From Zhenhengia yiwuensis (GTDB lineage Bacteria; Bacillota; Clostridia; Lachnospirales; Cellulosilyticaceae), in assembly GCF_014384995.1 (NCBI RefSeq), contig NZ_JACRSY010000017.1:62401-86400 (forward strand): 24,000 nucleotides of DNA. Direction: 5' to 3'. Positions 1-6,764 of the stretch are shown piece after piece (positions within the stretch are counted from its first letter, which is position 1; each line of letters opens with the position of its first letter). The position numbers and the translations under genes are program-made. Below the pieces are notes generated by a model, which saw only the letters and a list, made by a program, of their open reading frames with translations, was not told where the DNA came from and ran no database searches.

Positions 1-40
1 CTACTGTAATATTCATTTTTCAAAGTCCCCCTTTGTATTT

Positions 41-61
41 ACACCTAACCTATTTAGGTGT
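41..61. promoter_or_regulatory. Palindrome ACACCTAA-N5-TTAGGTGT, candidate operator upstream of a leftward gene that appears to start at ~16 and leave the window
   Basis: Perfect 8-bp inverted repeat at 41-48 / 54-61. It lies just upstream (minus sense) of an AGGGGGA RBS plus ATG at 16..14. Confidence 0.3.
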
Positions 62-130
62 TATACTATTTGCGAATTAATTTACTTAAGCGCCCTTATT
101 CTGATTGCCGTCAGTTGGGTGCTTTTTTGT

Positions 131-355
131 TCATATAAGTTCTTCTGGTTGAACGTTTTGTTCTTGGATTGAGCAAAAAAATAACTCATCTACTGTTATT
201 CCGAACAAATCTGCCATCCTTTTAGCTAGATTAAACCCAGGCCTTCTAGCTCCACGTTCTATCATAGAAACATAGTCTTGATGTATTCCCAACTGATCTG
301 CTAGCTCTTGCTTTTTCATGTTAGCCTTTGTTCGGTAATATTTCAGGTTATTCAT
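131..355 (-). CDS. XRE-family helix-turn-helix transcriptional regulator, Cro/CI-type, 74 aa
   Basis: HTH_3-like pattern KKQELADQLGIHQDYVSMIERGARRPGFNLAKRMADLFGITVDELF. RBS GGAAGGAGA lies upstream of the ATG. Divergent from a second XRE gene. Confidence 0.85.
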   Translation of the reverse strand: MNNLKYYRTKANMKKQELADQLGIHQDYVSMIERGARRPGFNLAKRMADLFGITVDELFFCSIQEQNVQPEELI

Positions 356-397
356 TATTCACCATCTCCTTCCCGATTATTTTGTACTACATTTTTA

Positions 398-426
398 ATT
401 CTAGTGAATAAATTGTTCTTAGTCAA
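398..426 (-). promoter_or_regulatory. Sigma-A-type promoter for the 131..355 gene
   Basis: On the minus strand: TTGACT (426..421), 17 nt, TAGAAT (403..398). The operator-like GAACAATTT repeat sits in the spacer. Confidence 0.55.
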
Positions 427-475
427 TACTTTTTCGAACAATTTATTTTATATTATTGCAAATTTCGAACAATAT
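410..475. promoter_or_regulatory. Three operator-like repeats GAACAAT(T/A)T in the divergent intergenic region
   Basis: AAATTGTTC at 410-418 (inverted orientation), GAACAATTT at 436-444, GAACAATAT at 467-475. The latter two are embedded in TTCGAACAAT. One site overlaps each promoter spacer and one lies between the two -35 boxes. Confidence 0.45.
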
Positions 476-483
476 GTTATAAT
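456..483 (+). promoter_or_regulatory. Sigma-A-type promoter for the 506..889 gene
   Basis: TTGCAA (456-461), 16 nt, TATAAT (478-483), then RBS AAGAGGTGA and ATG at 506. Confidence 0.5.
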
Positions 484-505
484 TCTTTATAAGAGGTGAT
501 AGAAC

Positions 506-889
506 ATGGCATTCGGTGATAGATTAAAATCACTACGATTAGAAAAGGGTATCTCCCAAAGAGAGCTAGGGGATTTAATTGGTATCTCCGATAGGGTTGT
601 GGGATATTATGAAGCAAATGATAGGTTTCCCAAAGATGAGTTAATATTAAAAAAGATTGCTGATTATTTTAATGTTTCAATGGATGATTTATTAGATAGA
701 GATAATAATGTAAAAAAATTACCTTATGAAAAATTTATGGATACAGTAAAAGTACATTTTATGGGGGCTTCACCTGAAGATCAGGCAGCTATTTTTAATG
801 ATATAACAGAAATATATTTTGAGAGTAAGCAAATTAATAAAGAGAAATTTAATCCTTATAAGAATAAAGATAATAAGAATAACCTCTAA
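506..889 (+). CDS. XRE-family HTH transcriptional regulator, ImmR/CI-like repressor candidate, 127 aa
   Basis: N-terminal HTH_3 pattern LKSLRLEKGISQRELGDLIGISDRVVGYYEANDRFPKDE...IADYFNVSMDDLL. Followed on the same strand by an ImmA-like peptidase. Confidence 0.85.
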   Translation: MAFGDRLKSLRLEKGISQRELGDLIGISDRVVGYYEANDRFPKDELILKKIADYFNVSMDDLLDRDNNVKKLPYEKFMDTVKVHFMGASPEDQAAIFNDITEIYFESKQINKEKFNPYKNKDNKNNL

Positions 890-1056
890 ATACATACTTC
901 AAATACATTTTCCTATTCATTTAAAAGATTAAATAGCATAGAACAATCCAAACTTACACCAGTTCACCAATGAAATATACATAGTTCATAAAAGGAACAT
1001 GTCTCACATTATATGTGATGGAAGTATGATACTGATCTACAGGGGGAATTTTCTAA

Positions 1057-1503
1057 ATGAATATAGCATTACGTGTAAAAAATTTAATTAAACGACATGA
1101 GACACGCGACCCATTTAGAATTGCAAAGGATTTAGGGATTATTATCAAATACAGGCCTTATACAGAAACTAAAGGCTATTTTTTGAAAGTAAATACCAAC
1201 AAGTTTATTATAATCAATTCAAACTTAAGTGATTTAGAAAAACTGTTGGTATGCAGCCACGAGCTTGGACATGCTATTTTACATTCCAATAATAAATATG
1301 CTCTAACCTATGAAAAGGGGCTAGCAATGGTTCAGGATTTTACACTATTTCCTGTTAACTCAATTTATGAAAATCAAGCTAATAAATTTGCTGCCGAGCT
1401 TCTTATGGATTCAGAGTTTTTTGACAGTATATTTTCCAAACATACTGACTTAGATCCCAAGATTTATGAAGCTTTAATGAGATTAAGACATACTAGAATT
1501 TAA
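1057..1503 (+). CDS. ImmA/IrrE-family zinc metallopeptidase, 148 aa
   Basis: HExxH motif in CSHELGHAILH and downstream ENQANKFAAELLM, the typical ImmA/IrrE signature. RBS AGGGGGA. Located downstream of an XRE repressor. Confidence 0.8.
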   Translation: MNIALRVKNLIKRHETRDPFRIAKDLGIIIKYRPYTETKGYFLKVNTNKFIIINSNLSDLEKLLVCSHELGHAILHSNNKYALTYEKGLAMVQDFTLFPVNSIYENQANKFAAELLMDSEFFDSIFSKHTDLDPKIYEALMRLRHTRI

Positions 1504-1518
1504 TTACATAACAGAAAA

Positions 1519-1568
1519 GCAGGTCATTACTAACAGTTTATACTATCCGTTGCTATGACCTGCTTTTT
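1519..1568. terminator. Rho-independent terminator, probably bidirectional
   Basis: GCAGGTCAT (1519-1527) pairs with ATGACCTGC (1555-1563), followed by TTTTT on the plus strand. The minus-strand reading gives the same stem followed by TTTTCTGTT. It sits between convergent reading frames. Confidence 0.6.
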
Positions 1569-1570
1569 AT

Positions 1571-1887
1571 TTACTTTTTATTATTCTTAAATACATTTAT
1601 TAAACTTATATTGTTCTGCTTTATGTTAACTCTCTCATGCGTCTCATACTTATCTTCTGCTATTGTACGCTGAAGATGTGGTTTGTTATCAAAAGTAGCA
1701 AAAATAAAGATAGTATATAGGAATAACCAGGCAATACCATTTTCTAACGTACTTATTGGATTTATTCTAATAGCTATTACAAAAAATGCTGTTACCCCAC
1801 AAAAAGCTAATATATTAGCCTTTATCCATGCACCTACTATAAATAATAGCTCTTTTATACATTAACAACTCTAATAAATGTTCTCAT
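1571..1887 (-). pseudogene. Possible frameshifted small membrane-protein gene
   Basis: RBS GGGTGAT plus ATG at 1887 opens a 10-codon frame (MRTFIRVVNV*). A ~90-codon hydrophobic frame without an ATG (..LFIVGAWIKANILAFCGVTAFFVIAI..FLYTIFIFATF..KNNKK*) continues in another frame and ends at 1571, next to the shared terminator. Confidence 0.3.
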
Positions 1888-1950
1888 ATCAATCACCCAT
1901 TTAAGTATTTTACTAAACTGCTCCTCTAATGGATAATTTTATACATTTCC

Positions 1951-2283
1951 TTATAGCTTACCCTTATTGATCTTCAACAATAACTTAGCTGCTTCATGTA
2001 GCTCTGGGTTAACCCCTTCTACTTTTTTTGCTTTAATCACATCCGATATGTCCGTAGATTTATACGCCTCACCATTCTTCCTACAACCTGTAGCATTTAC
2101 TTCTTTTAAAACAGCTTCTACCTTGCCTATTTGTAAATACCTTTTGCAGATAAGCTCTTCTAATCCTGTTTCTGGTGTGGCTCCTAATACTGCAAGGCCT
2201 TGTGCCTTTTCTAACTTTTCCAGTATAACTTGTACTTTTTCCAGCTCTTTCTGGTATTTTATGATTGCTTCTTTAATATTCAT
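1951..2283 (-). CDS. Hypothetical protein, 110 aa, helical and charged
   Basis: Strong RBS GGGGAGGAG 8 nt before the ATG, its own promoter, and a clean ORF. I recognised no motif. Confidence 0.7.
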   Translation of the reverse strand: MNIKEAIIKYQKELEKVQVILEKLEKAQGLAVLGATPETGLEELICKRYLQIGKVEAVLKEVNATGCRKNGEAYKSTDISDVIKAKKVEGVNPELHEAAKLLLKINKGKL

Positions 2284-2325
2284 AATCCACGCTCCTCCCC
2301 TAAGTAGCTGACATGTATAGATTTA

Positions 2326-2354
2326 ATTATACAGCAATCTAGTTTTTCTAACAA
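2326..2354 (-). promoter_or_regulatory. Sigma-A-type promoter for the 1951..2283 gene
   Basis: On the minus strand: TTGTTA (2354..2349), 17 nt, TATAAT (2331..2326). Confidence 0.4.
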
Positions 2355-2399
2355 TAAGAGTATTCGGATAAATACATACTCGATTATGTGTAAATACAA

Positions 2400-2450
2400 A
2401 GAACCCACTTATCTCCCATACCTTTTGGGTATTTTTAATAAGTAGGTTCT
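2400..2450 (-). terminator. Long hairpin, candidate terminator ending the long minus-strand cargo operon
   Basis: AGAACCCACTTAT (2400-2412) pairs with ATAAGTAGGTTCT (2438-2450) with one mismatch, and an inner ATACC/GGTAT stem is present. T-rich tract on the minus-strand 3' side (TTTGTATTT). Confidence 0.45.
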
Positions 2451-2622
2451 CATCACGTAAAACTTTACCGTTGCATATAGTGATCAGTTATATGAAACTT
2501 ACCGCTTAATTGGCTGATTCATAACATGAGCTTAAATTGTGTTTAAATTGTCACGTACCAGGTATGGCTACAAAAGTGTTAAATTTTGTTTGCTATTCTT
2601 CTACACCTATGTTTTCTAAATT

Positions 2623-3267
2623 TTATGCACCTATAGTTTCTACCCATAGCATTGCTGAAAATAAACTATGGATTAGTTCATAGAATATTTCTGACTCTGC
2701 TTCTTCTTCAAATAAGTCTGCTCTTCTTATTTTAGAAATAACAATCCAATCCTTTTTGTTATAGTTGATAACTTCCTTACCATAATGTTCTATAAATGAT
2801 TGTTGTCTATTTAATTTTTCTTCTTTATTTCCTTTTAATCCTTTATATAATCTACAAATGGCCCCAGCACCAGCCATATTAGATATATTTTTAAGAAGAT
2901 AAATATACTCCCCATCTTTTATTGCTTGAGATAACTCCAATTGAAAACAAAAGTCATGAAACTTAGTTGAACCTAATGTAATATGTGCATCTCGTAATCG
3001 AGTACTATATCCCCATTCGCCTACATTTAAAAATGCATTATATCCTTTTCCATTATAACTCAACACCTCAAAGCCATCTTCATCATTCAACAAATAAATT
3101 TCTTTCATCCTATATGGTTCATGGTGTTCAGTGTCAACTGTCTCACTTACATTACAAGCGAAAAATTTGAATTTGCCTATTTCTAGTTCAATATTTCTAC
3201 CTAGGGGACAAGTTTCTAATATTTCTACAATTCTATTTGCTTCTTTTTGTTCGATAAGCTCTAGCAT
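2623..3267 (-). CDS. Hypothetical protein, 214 aa (cargo gene 3)
   Basis: RBS AAGGAGA before the ATG at 3267. Preceded by hairpin-repeat copy A. No recognisable catalytic motif. Confidence 0.75.
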   Translation of the reverse strand: MLELIEQKEANRIVEILETCPLGRNIELEIGKFKFFACNVSETVDTEHHEPYRMKEIYLLNDEDGFEVLSYNGKGYNAFLNVGEWGYSTRLRDAHITLGSTKFHDFCFQLELSQAIKDGEYIYLLKNISNMAGAGAICRLYKGLKGNKEEKLNRQQSFIEHYGKEVINYNKKDWIVISKIRRADLFEEEAESEIFYELIHSLFSAMLWVETIGA

Positions 3268-3300
3268 ACGTAAATCTCCTTTTTCTATATTCTTTAAGGG

Positions 3301-3366
3301 AAATAACCCAACACAACCACACCGTCTAACTTCATTCTAGTTATCTACGTGGTCATGTCAGGCTTA
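3301..3366 (-). repeat. Cassette-junction hairpin repeat, copy A (most degenerate)
   Basis: AAATAACCCAACACAACCACACCGTCTAACTTCATTCTAGTTATCTACGTGGTCATGTCAGGCTTA aligns nearly base-for-base with 4758-4836 and 6685-6764. Confidence 0.75.
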
Positions 3367-3497
3367 TATCTCTATCCCCTTTAATACTTCTTTCAAGTTA
3401 ATCATTTCACCCTTACTAAGTGTAACACACTTACCCATCTTGGCATGTTCTGGCGCCTATTCATGTATATCGTACTTTAGTTCCTTATCATTCTACG
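3364..3497 (-). pseudogene. Decayed 3' fragment of a PC4/YdbC-like small gene
   Basis: The minus-strand frame reads NDKELKYDIHE*APEHAKMGKCVTLSKGEMINLKEVLKGIEI* with in-frame stops. Roughly 140 nt is homologous to 5048-5185. The KYDIREW..KM.KG..LS pattern recalls bacterial PC4-like (YdbC) proteins. Confidence 0.5.
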
Positions 3498-3505
3498 AAA
3501 TAAGA

Positions 3506-4720
3506 TTAGTTAGTTCTTCTAGCTCTCTTAGCTGCTTTATATCTTTCTTCATCATAGAGATTAAAAATAAGATGATAAACTGTCATTAACTCACCATTTT
3601 CAGGCATTATATGTTTACTTACAAAAACCTCCTGATTGTCTATTTCTGTTCTACTAATATATACTGGTGCAAAATCTTCACTCTTATCTTTTAGAATAGT
3701 AAGTTTTTCCATAATATAATCACTTGCGTTCCTATATGGTTTATTACGATTAATAGAAAGGGTTATCCCAAATTTAAAATTAGGATTTAGATACCCCATA
3801 AGCTGATAATATTGGTCTACGAATTTTTCTATGTACTTATTTTCAATAACACAAAAGTCTTCCAATTGACCTTCATACATCCTATAGATATACAAATCTG
3901 TTTCTCCCAGTTTCTTAGCTGAACGCCCCATTGTAAACTCTCGGGCAATTTGCATATTAAACTTTAGATTTAATGGTCTTATTATCGTGTCATGAAATGT
4001 AGCAGTAACTTGAACCTCATCATATTGTTGGAAATCTACTACTCTCTTTTGGAACTGCTTAAGTGCTTCTAAAATTTCTTCTACTATTCCTTGAGCCTCA
4101 TTAATTGGGTGGTAAGCTTTAAAATGTTGTAGGTATATTTCTCTAATATCACACTCCATTAAATCAAAAAAATCTTCTAGATTATCATAATGGTAAACCA
4201 TTTTAGCCAATAGAGGGTTTTCTATATAAAGAAGTGTCATTCTATTAACTTCATCTGGTAGAAAATCTAAATCTTCAAATATTATTCCTACATATTCATT
4301 GAAATCTTCTATTGTATTAATCACATATGCCTTTGTTTGATCCTCACAAGAATTTGATATATTTATGCTATTCCTCAACTCATCACTTAACGGGAAACAT
4401 ATCAACTCTTCATCTTCATCATGAGCTTCAATCCACCACCTTAAAATATTAAATAGTAAAAATTCATAGTTTGGGTTGATGTAATTTCTAACTACTCTCG
4501 AGTTAATAAGCTCATATAATTCATAAATACTATTTCTACACTTATCAGGTTCTCTTTCATATCTATCTCTTGTAAAAAGGAACGCTATTTCAAAATATGG
4601 ATCATCTTGCATAATGTCAATAAGTACTTCTATAACCCCTCTTATATTATCATTAATAAATTCCATTATCTGGTTACCTATTTTTTTGTCCTCTTCATTC
4701 CACAACTGTACATTAATCAT
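3506..4720 (-). CDS. Hypothetical protein, 404 aa, acidic helical N-terminal region plus C-terminal PD-(D/E)xK-like nuclease signature (cargo gene 2)
   Basis: I prefer the internal ATG at 4720 (MINVQLW..) because it has RBS GAGGAGA. The track ORF start at 4774 lies inside the hairpin repeat. C-terminal motifs are GETDLYIY (D), CVIENKY (ExK) and QLMGY (QxxxY). Confidence 0.8.
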   Translation of the reverse strand: MINVQLWNEEDKKIGNQIMEFINDNIRGVIEVLIDIMQDDPYFEIAFLFTRDRYEREPDKCRNSIYELYELINSRVVRNYINPNYEFLLFNILRWWIEAHDEDEELICFPLSDELRNSINISNSCEDQTKAYVINTIEDFNEYVGIIFEDLDFLPDEVNRMTLLYIENPLLAKMVYHYDNLEDFFDLMECDIREIYLQHFKAYHPINEAQGIVEEILEALKQFQKRVVDFQQYDEVQVTATFHDTIIRPLNLKFNMQIAREFTMGRSAKKLGETDLYIYRMYEGQLEDFCVIENKYIEKFVDQYYQLMGYLNPNFKFGITLSINRNKPYRNASDYIMEKLTILKDKSEDFAPVYISRTEIDNQEVFVSKHIMPENGELMTVYHLIFNLYDEERYKAAKRARRTN

Positions 4721-4757
4721 AAGTTTTATCTCCTCGTAAAAATAATTGGATAAACAT

Positions 4758-4836
4758 AAAAAAGCCCAACACAAGCATACCTTCTAACTTCATTATAGTT
4801 ATCTACGTAGTCATGTTGGGCTTCTTGTTATAAATT
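4758..4836 (-). repeat. Cassette-junction hairpin repeat, copy B
   Basis: Outer stem AAGCCCAACA (4762-4771) / TGTTGGGCTT (4814-4823), followed by TTTTTT on the minus strand. Homology with copy C continues 9 nt into the upstream CDS (stop plus N-L codons). Confidence 0.8.
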
Positions 4837-5019
4837 TTTCAATATAAGTAGCATTATAGATAGTACAGTTATACCACCCCATGTCATTGATAAGCTTATT
4901 ATACCTACCTTTTTAAATCTTTTATATGATACTGAATCTTTTCCTGATGTTTCTGCTTCTAACTTTAAAGACGTTAGATACAAAACAGTTCCTATCAATG
5001 CAAAAACTATTATATTCAT
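4828..5019 (-). CDS. Small membrane protein, 63 aa, two predicted TM helices
   Basis: Strong RBS GAGGAGGA. Two hydrophobic stretches (IIVFALIGTVLYL and GGITVLSIMLLIL) are separated by a charged loop. Confidence 0.65.
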   Translation of the reverse strand: MNIIVFALIGTVLYLTSLKLEAETSGKDSVSYKRFKKVGIISLSMTWGGITVLSIMLLILKNL

Positions 5020-5064
5020 GTAACTATTCCTCCTCTTTCTTCTATTTCTATATCTCTATTCCAT

Positions 5065-5250
5065 TTAAGACATCTTTAATCTCATTACTTCATTTTTACT
5101 AAGTCTAACACCCCTGGCCATCTTGGCATGTTCTGGTACCCATTCGCGTATATCGTACTTAAGCTCTTTATCATTCACACTAAGTGCATGGATCAGAGTT
5201 ATGTCTCTATTTAACATTAGATGCGGATTCTTTATTATCTTTTCGCCCAT
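5065..5250 (-). pseudogene. Truncated PC4/YdbC-like gene remnant (61-codon ORF)
   Basis: ..SVNDKELKYDIREWVPEHAKMARGVRLSKNEVMRLK.. is homologous to fragment 3364-3497. Its 5' part overlaps the end of the 487-aa CDS by 44 nt. Compared with copy A, its C-terminus looks shifted by 1 nt (out-of-frame KDVLNGIEI* against copy A's KEVLKGIEI*). Confidence 0.45.
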
Positions 5251-6670
5251 CTATTAGTACTATTGCATTGTTTTCGTCAATCTTTAAATCATGTAAAATC
5301 TTATTCACACGCGCTAACTCTGAATCAGTAAAATATAATATAACTTTAATTGTTTTAGCTGTTCCTCCATTTGCCTTATTGTAAACATCCAGTTGCTTTG
5401 CTAAGTTTTGTTTCAATTTACTATTACTTGCAAGTTTAAATTCTATTAAGGTTTGATCCTTTTTGCCTTGTGACGCTTTAAAATCAACAGGTCCTCTTCC
5501 GTTATTAACCTCAGCATTCATATCAGAATCAGAACTAAACCATGTAAGCTTGTATAGAATTTGAAAATCATGTTCTCGCTTAATAGGCTGTCCATCTATA
5601 TAAAATATTTTATATCCATCCATATCTTCAATAACCCTTTTAAGATACATCACACGCTCTAGTGCTTCCTCAAAGCTATCCTGTCTTACATCATAAAATG
5701 GCGTTTGAGTTGCCATCATTTCTACAAATATCTTATAGTTATTCACCAGAAGCTCATTACAAAAACTAACCTTTTCATTGCTAATATTTGATGCCATTTC
5801 TTTTTCTCGCTCTTTTTCACGAATATAATAGTCAATAATTTCTGGCAACTGCTGTACTAATCTCTGATATACCTCTTGGCGCTCCTTTTTCTTCATGCCT
5901 TTTTTTAATTCCTGTAACAAATAATTATTGATTTGTCCTCGGAGAGCAATATTATCAATTGACTCTACCAAAAGTTCAATTTTACTATACATGTCATTAC
6001 TATTTATAAATGTATCGTCTCTCGTCAACAGATCCTTTGGGGTTAATATAACATAACTATTTTTAAACTTAGGCAGTGTGTAAATTTCACCCTCCCAAAC
6101 CTCAAAATCGTAATTAAATCTTGACTTACTTACATTAAATTGTCCTAACAAGTTTTTATCAATATGTTTTAACGCAAACTCCTGCGTATATCTCAGCAAA
6201 AATGCTTTAATGAGATTAGTTGTAAAGTCACTGATGTTATCTCGTCCTACTCCTGAACCAATCAGACAAAGTTTTTCTAAATGGCTCTCTTCTGTAATGT
6301 TTTCTTCTCCAAATTTCCCAAATAACGATACTAAATTATTATCTAATGATTTTGCAAATTTCATTCCTAGGCCCGAGCCTTTGTTCCCTACCTCCGAAAA
6401 ACCAAGCCAATTTTGCTCCACCTCTTTAAAGGTATACCATGCCCTTAACAATCCTTCCGTAACTATCCCCTTACTTGATTTATCTTTAAGAAATATTAAA
6501 TACCTTATTATTTCTTTATGTAACTGCTTATATTCATTTTTCTTACTGTTAAAAAGTAAAAACGGATCAATAAAGAGTGGCAAATCTGCAACTAAGGAAA
6601 TATTGAAGGCACCGTACTCTTCAAGTGCTTGCTCTCTGACATTAAAAAAATCACAAAAATAAGTATTCAT
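5207..6670 (-). CDS. Hypothetical protein, 487 aa, with C-terminal PD-(D/E)xK (RecB/Cas4-like) nuclease signature (cargo gene 1)
   Basis: RBS AGGAAGGGA directly after hairpin-repeat copy C. C-terminal motifs are REHDFQILY, GRGPVDFKAS (D), LIEFKLAS (ExK) and QLDVY (QxxxY). I did not recognise the N-terminal ~380 aa. Confidence 0.85.
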   Translation of the reverse strand: MNTYFCDFFNVREQALEEYGAFNISLVADLPLFIDPFLLFNSKKNEYKQLHKEIIRYLIFLKDKSSKGIVTEGLLRAWYTFKEVEQNWLGFSEVGNKGSGLGMKFAKSLDNNLVSLFGKFGEENITEESHLEKLCLIGSGVGRDNISDFTTNLIKAFLLRYTQEFALKHIDKNLLGQFNVSKSRFNYDFEVWEGEIYTLPKFKNSYVILTPKDLLTRDDTFINSNDMYSKIELLVESIDNIALRGQINNYLLQELKKGMKKKERQEVYQRLVQQLPEIIDYYIREKEREKEMASNISNEKVSFCNELLVNNYKIFVEMMATQTPFYDVRQDSFEEALERVMYLKRVIEDMDGYKIFYIDGQPIKREHDFQILYKLTWFSSDSDMNAEVNNGRGPVDFKASQGKKDQTLIEFKLASNSKLKQNLAKQLDVYNKANGGTAKTIKVILYFTDSELARVNKILHDLKIDENNAIVLIDGRKDNKESASNVK

Positions 6671-6684
6671 AAATATCCCTTCCT

Positions 6685-6764
6685 AAAATAAGCCCAGCAC
6701 AACCACACCTTCAAACTTCATTCTAGTTATCTACGTGGTCATGTTGGGCTTCTTGTTATAAATT
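6685..6764 (-). repeat. Cassette-junction hairpin repeat, copy C
   Basis: Outer stem AAGCCCAGCA (6690-6699) / TGTTGGGCTT (6742-6751), extendable to ~17 bp imperfect (..ACCAC/GTGGT..). The repeat overlaps the last 3 codons of the DUF45 gene. Confidence 0.8.

Noticed and set aside
1-16. Apparent start (AGGGGGA RBS plus ATG AAT ATT ACA GTA) of a minus-strand gene leaving the window
   Set aside because: Only 5 codons are visible, which is too little to call a CDS. It is mentioned only as context for the palindrome at 41-61.
308-499. 63-aa plus-strand ORF spanning the XRE intergenic region
   Set aside because: It overlaps the 5' end of the 131..355 gene in antisense and covers both promoters. 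It has no RBS and a low-complexity AT-driven composition.
1683-1865. 60-aa plus-strand ORF
   Set aside because: It has no RBS and lies antisense to a longer hydrophobic frame that shares a terminator with immA. It is probably a shadow ORF, though neither strand is certain.
1967-2311. 114-aa plus-strand ORF
   Set aside because: It is fully antisense to the well-supported 1951..2283 gene (strong RBS and promoter), with a Ser/Phe-rich shadow composition.
2532-2551. Tandem 11-bp direct repeat TTAAATTGTG/TTTAAATTGTC
   Set aside because: There are only two short AT-rich copies in AT-rich intergenic DNA. They are compatible with chance and I can attach no function.
2985-3340. Two plus-strand ORFs (61 and 69 aa)
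   Set aside because: They are antisense to the 214-aa gene and run into the repeat. No RBS.
4721-4774. N-terminal extension of the 404-aa gene (track start MCWAFLCLSNYFYEEIKL)
   Set aside because: The extension is encoded by the hairpin repeat and its flank and lacks an RBS, whereas the internal ATG at 4720 has GAGGAG. The same reasoning trims hsdR (10689 to 10671), hsdS (11963 to 11936) and GNAT (22919 to 22901).
5184-5384. 66-aa plus-strand ORF
   Set aside because: It is antisense to the 3' end of the 487-aa gene. No RBS.
6210-6662. 150-aa plus-strand ORF
   Set aside because: It lies entirely antisense within the 487-aa CDS, with Ser/Leu-rich shadow composition and no RBS.
3301-6764. The hairpin repeats as true integron attC sites
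   Set aside because: No IntI-type tyrosine integrase or attI is present in the window, and I could not identify R''/L''-L'/R' core sites. I keep the cassette analogy only as a concept.
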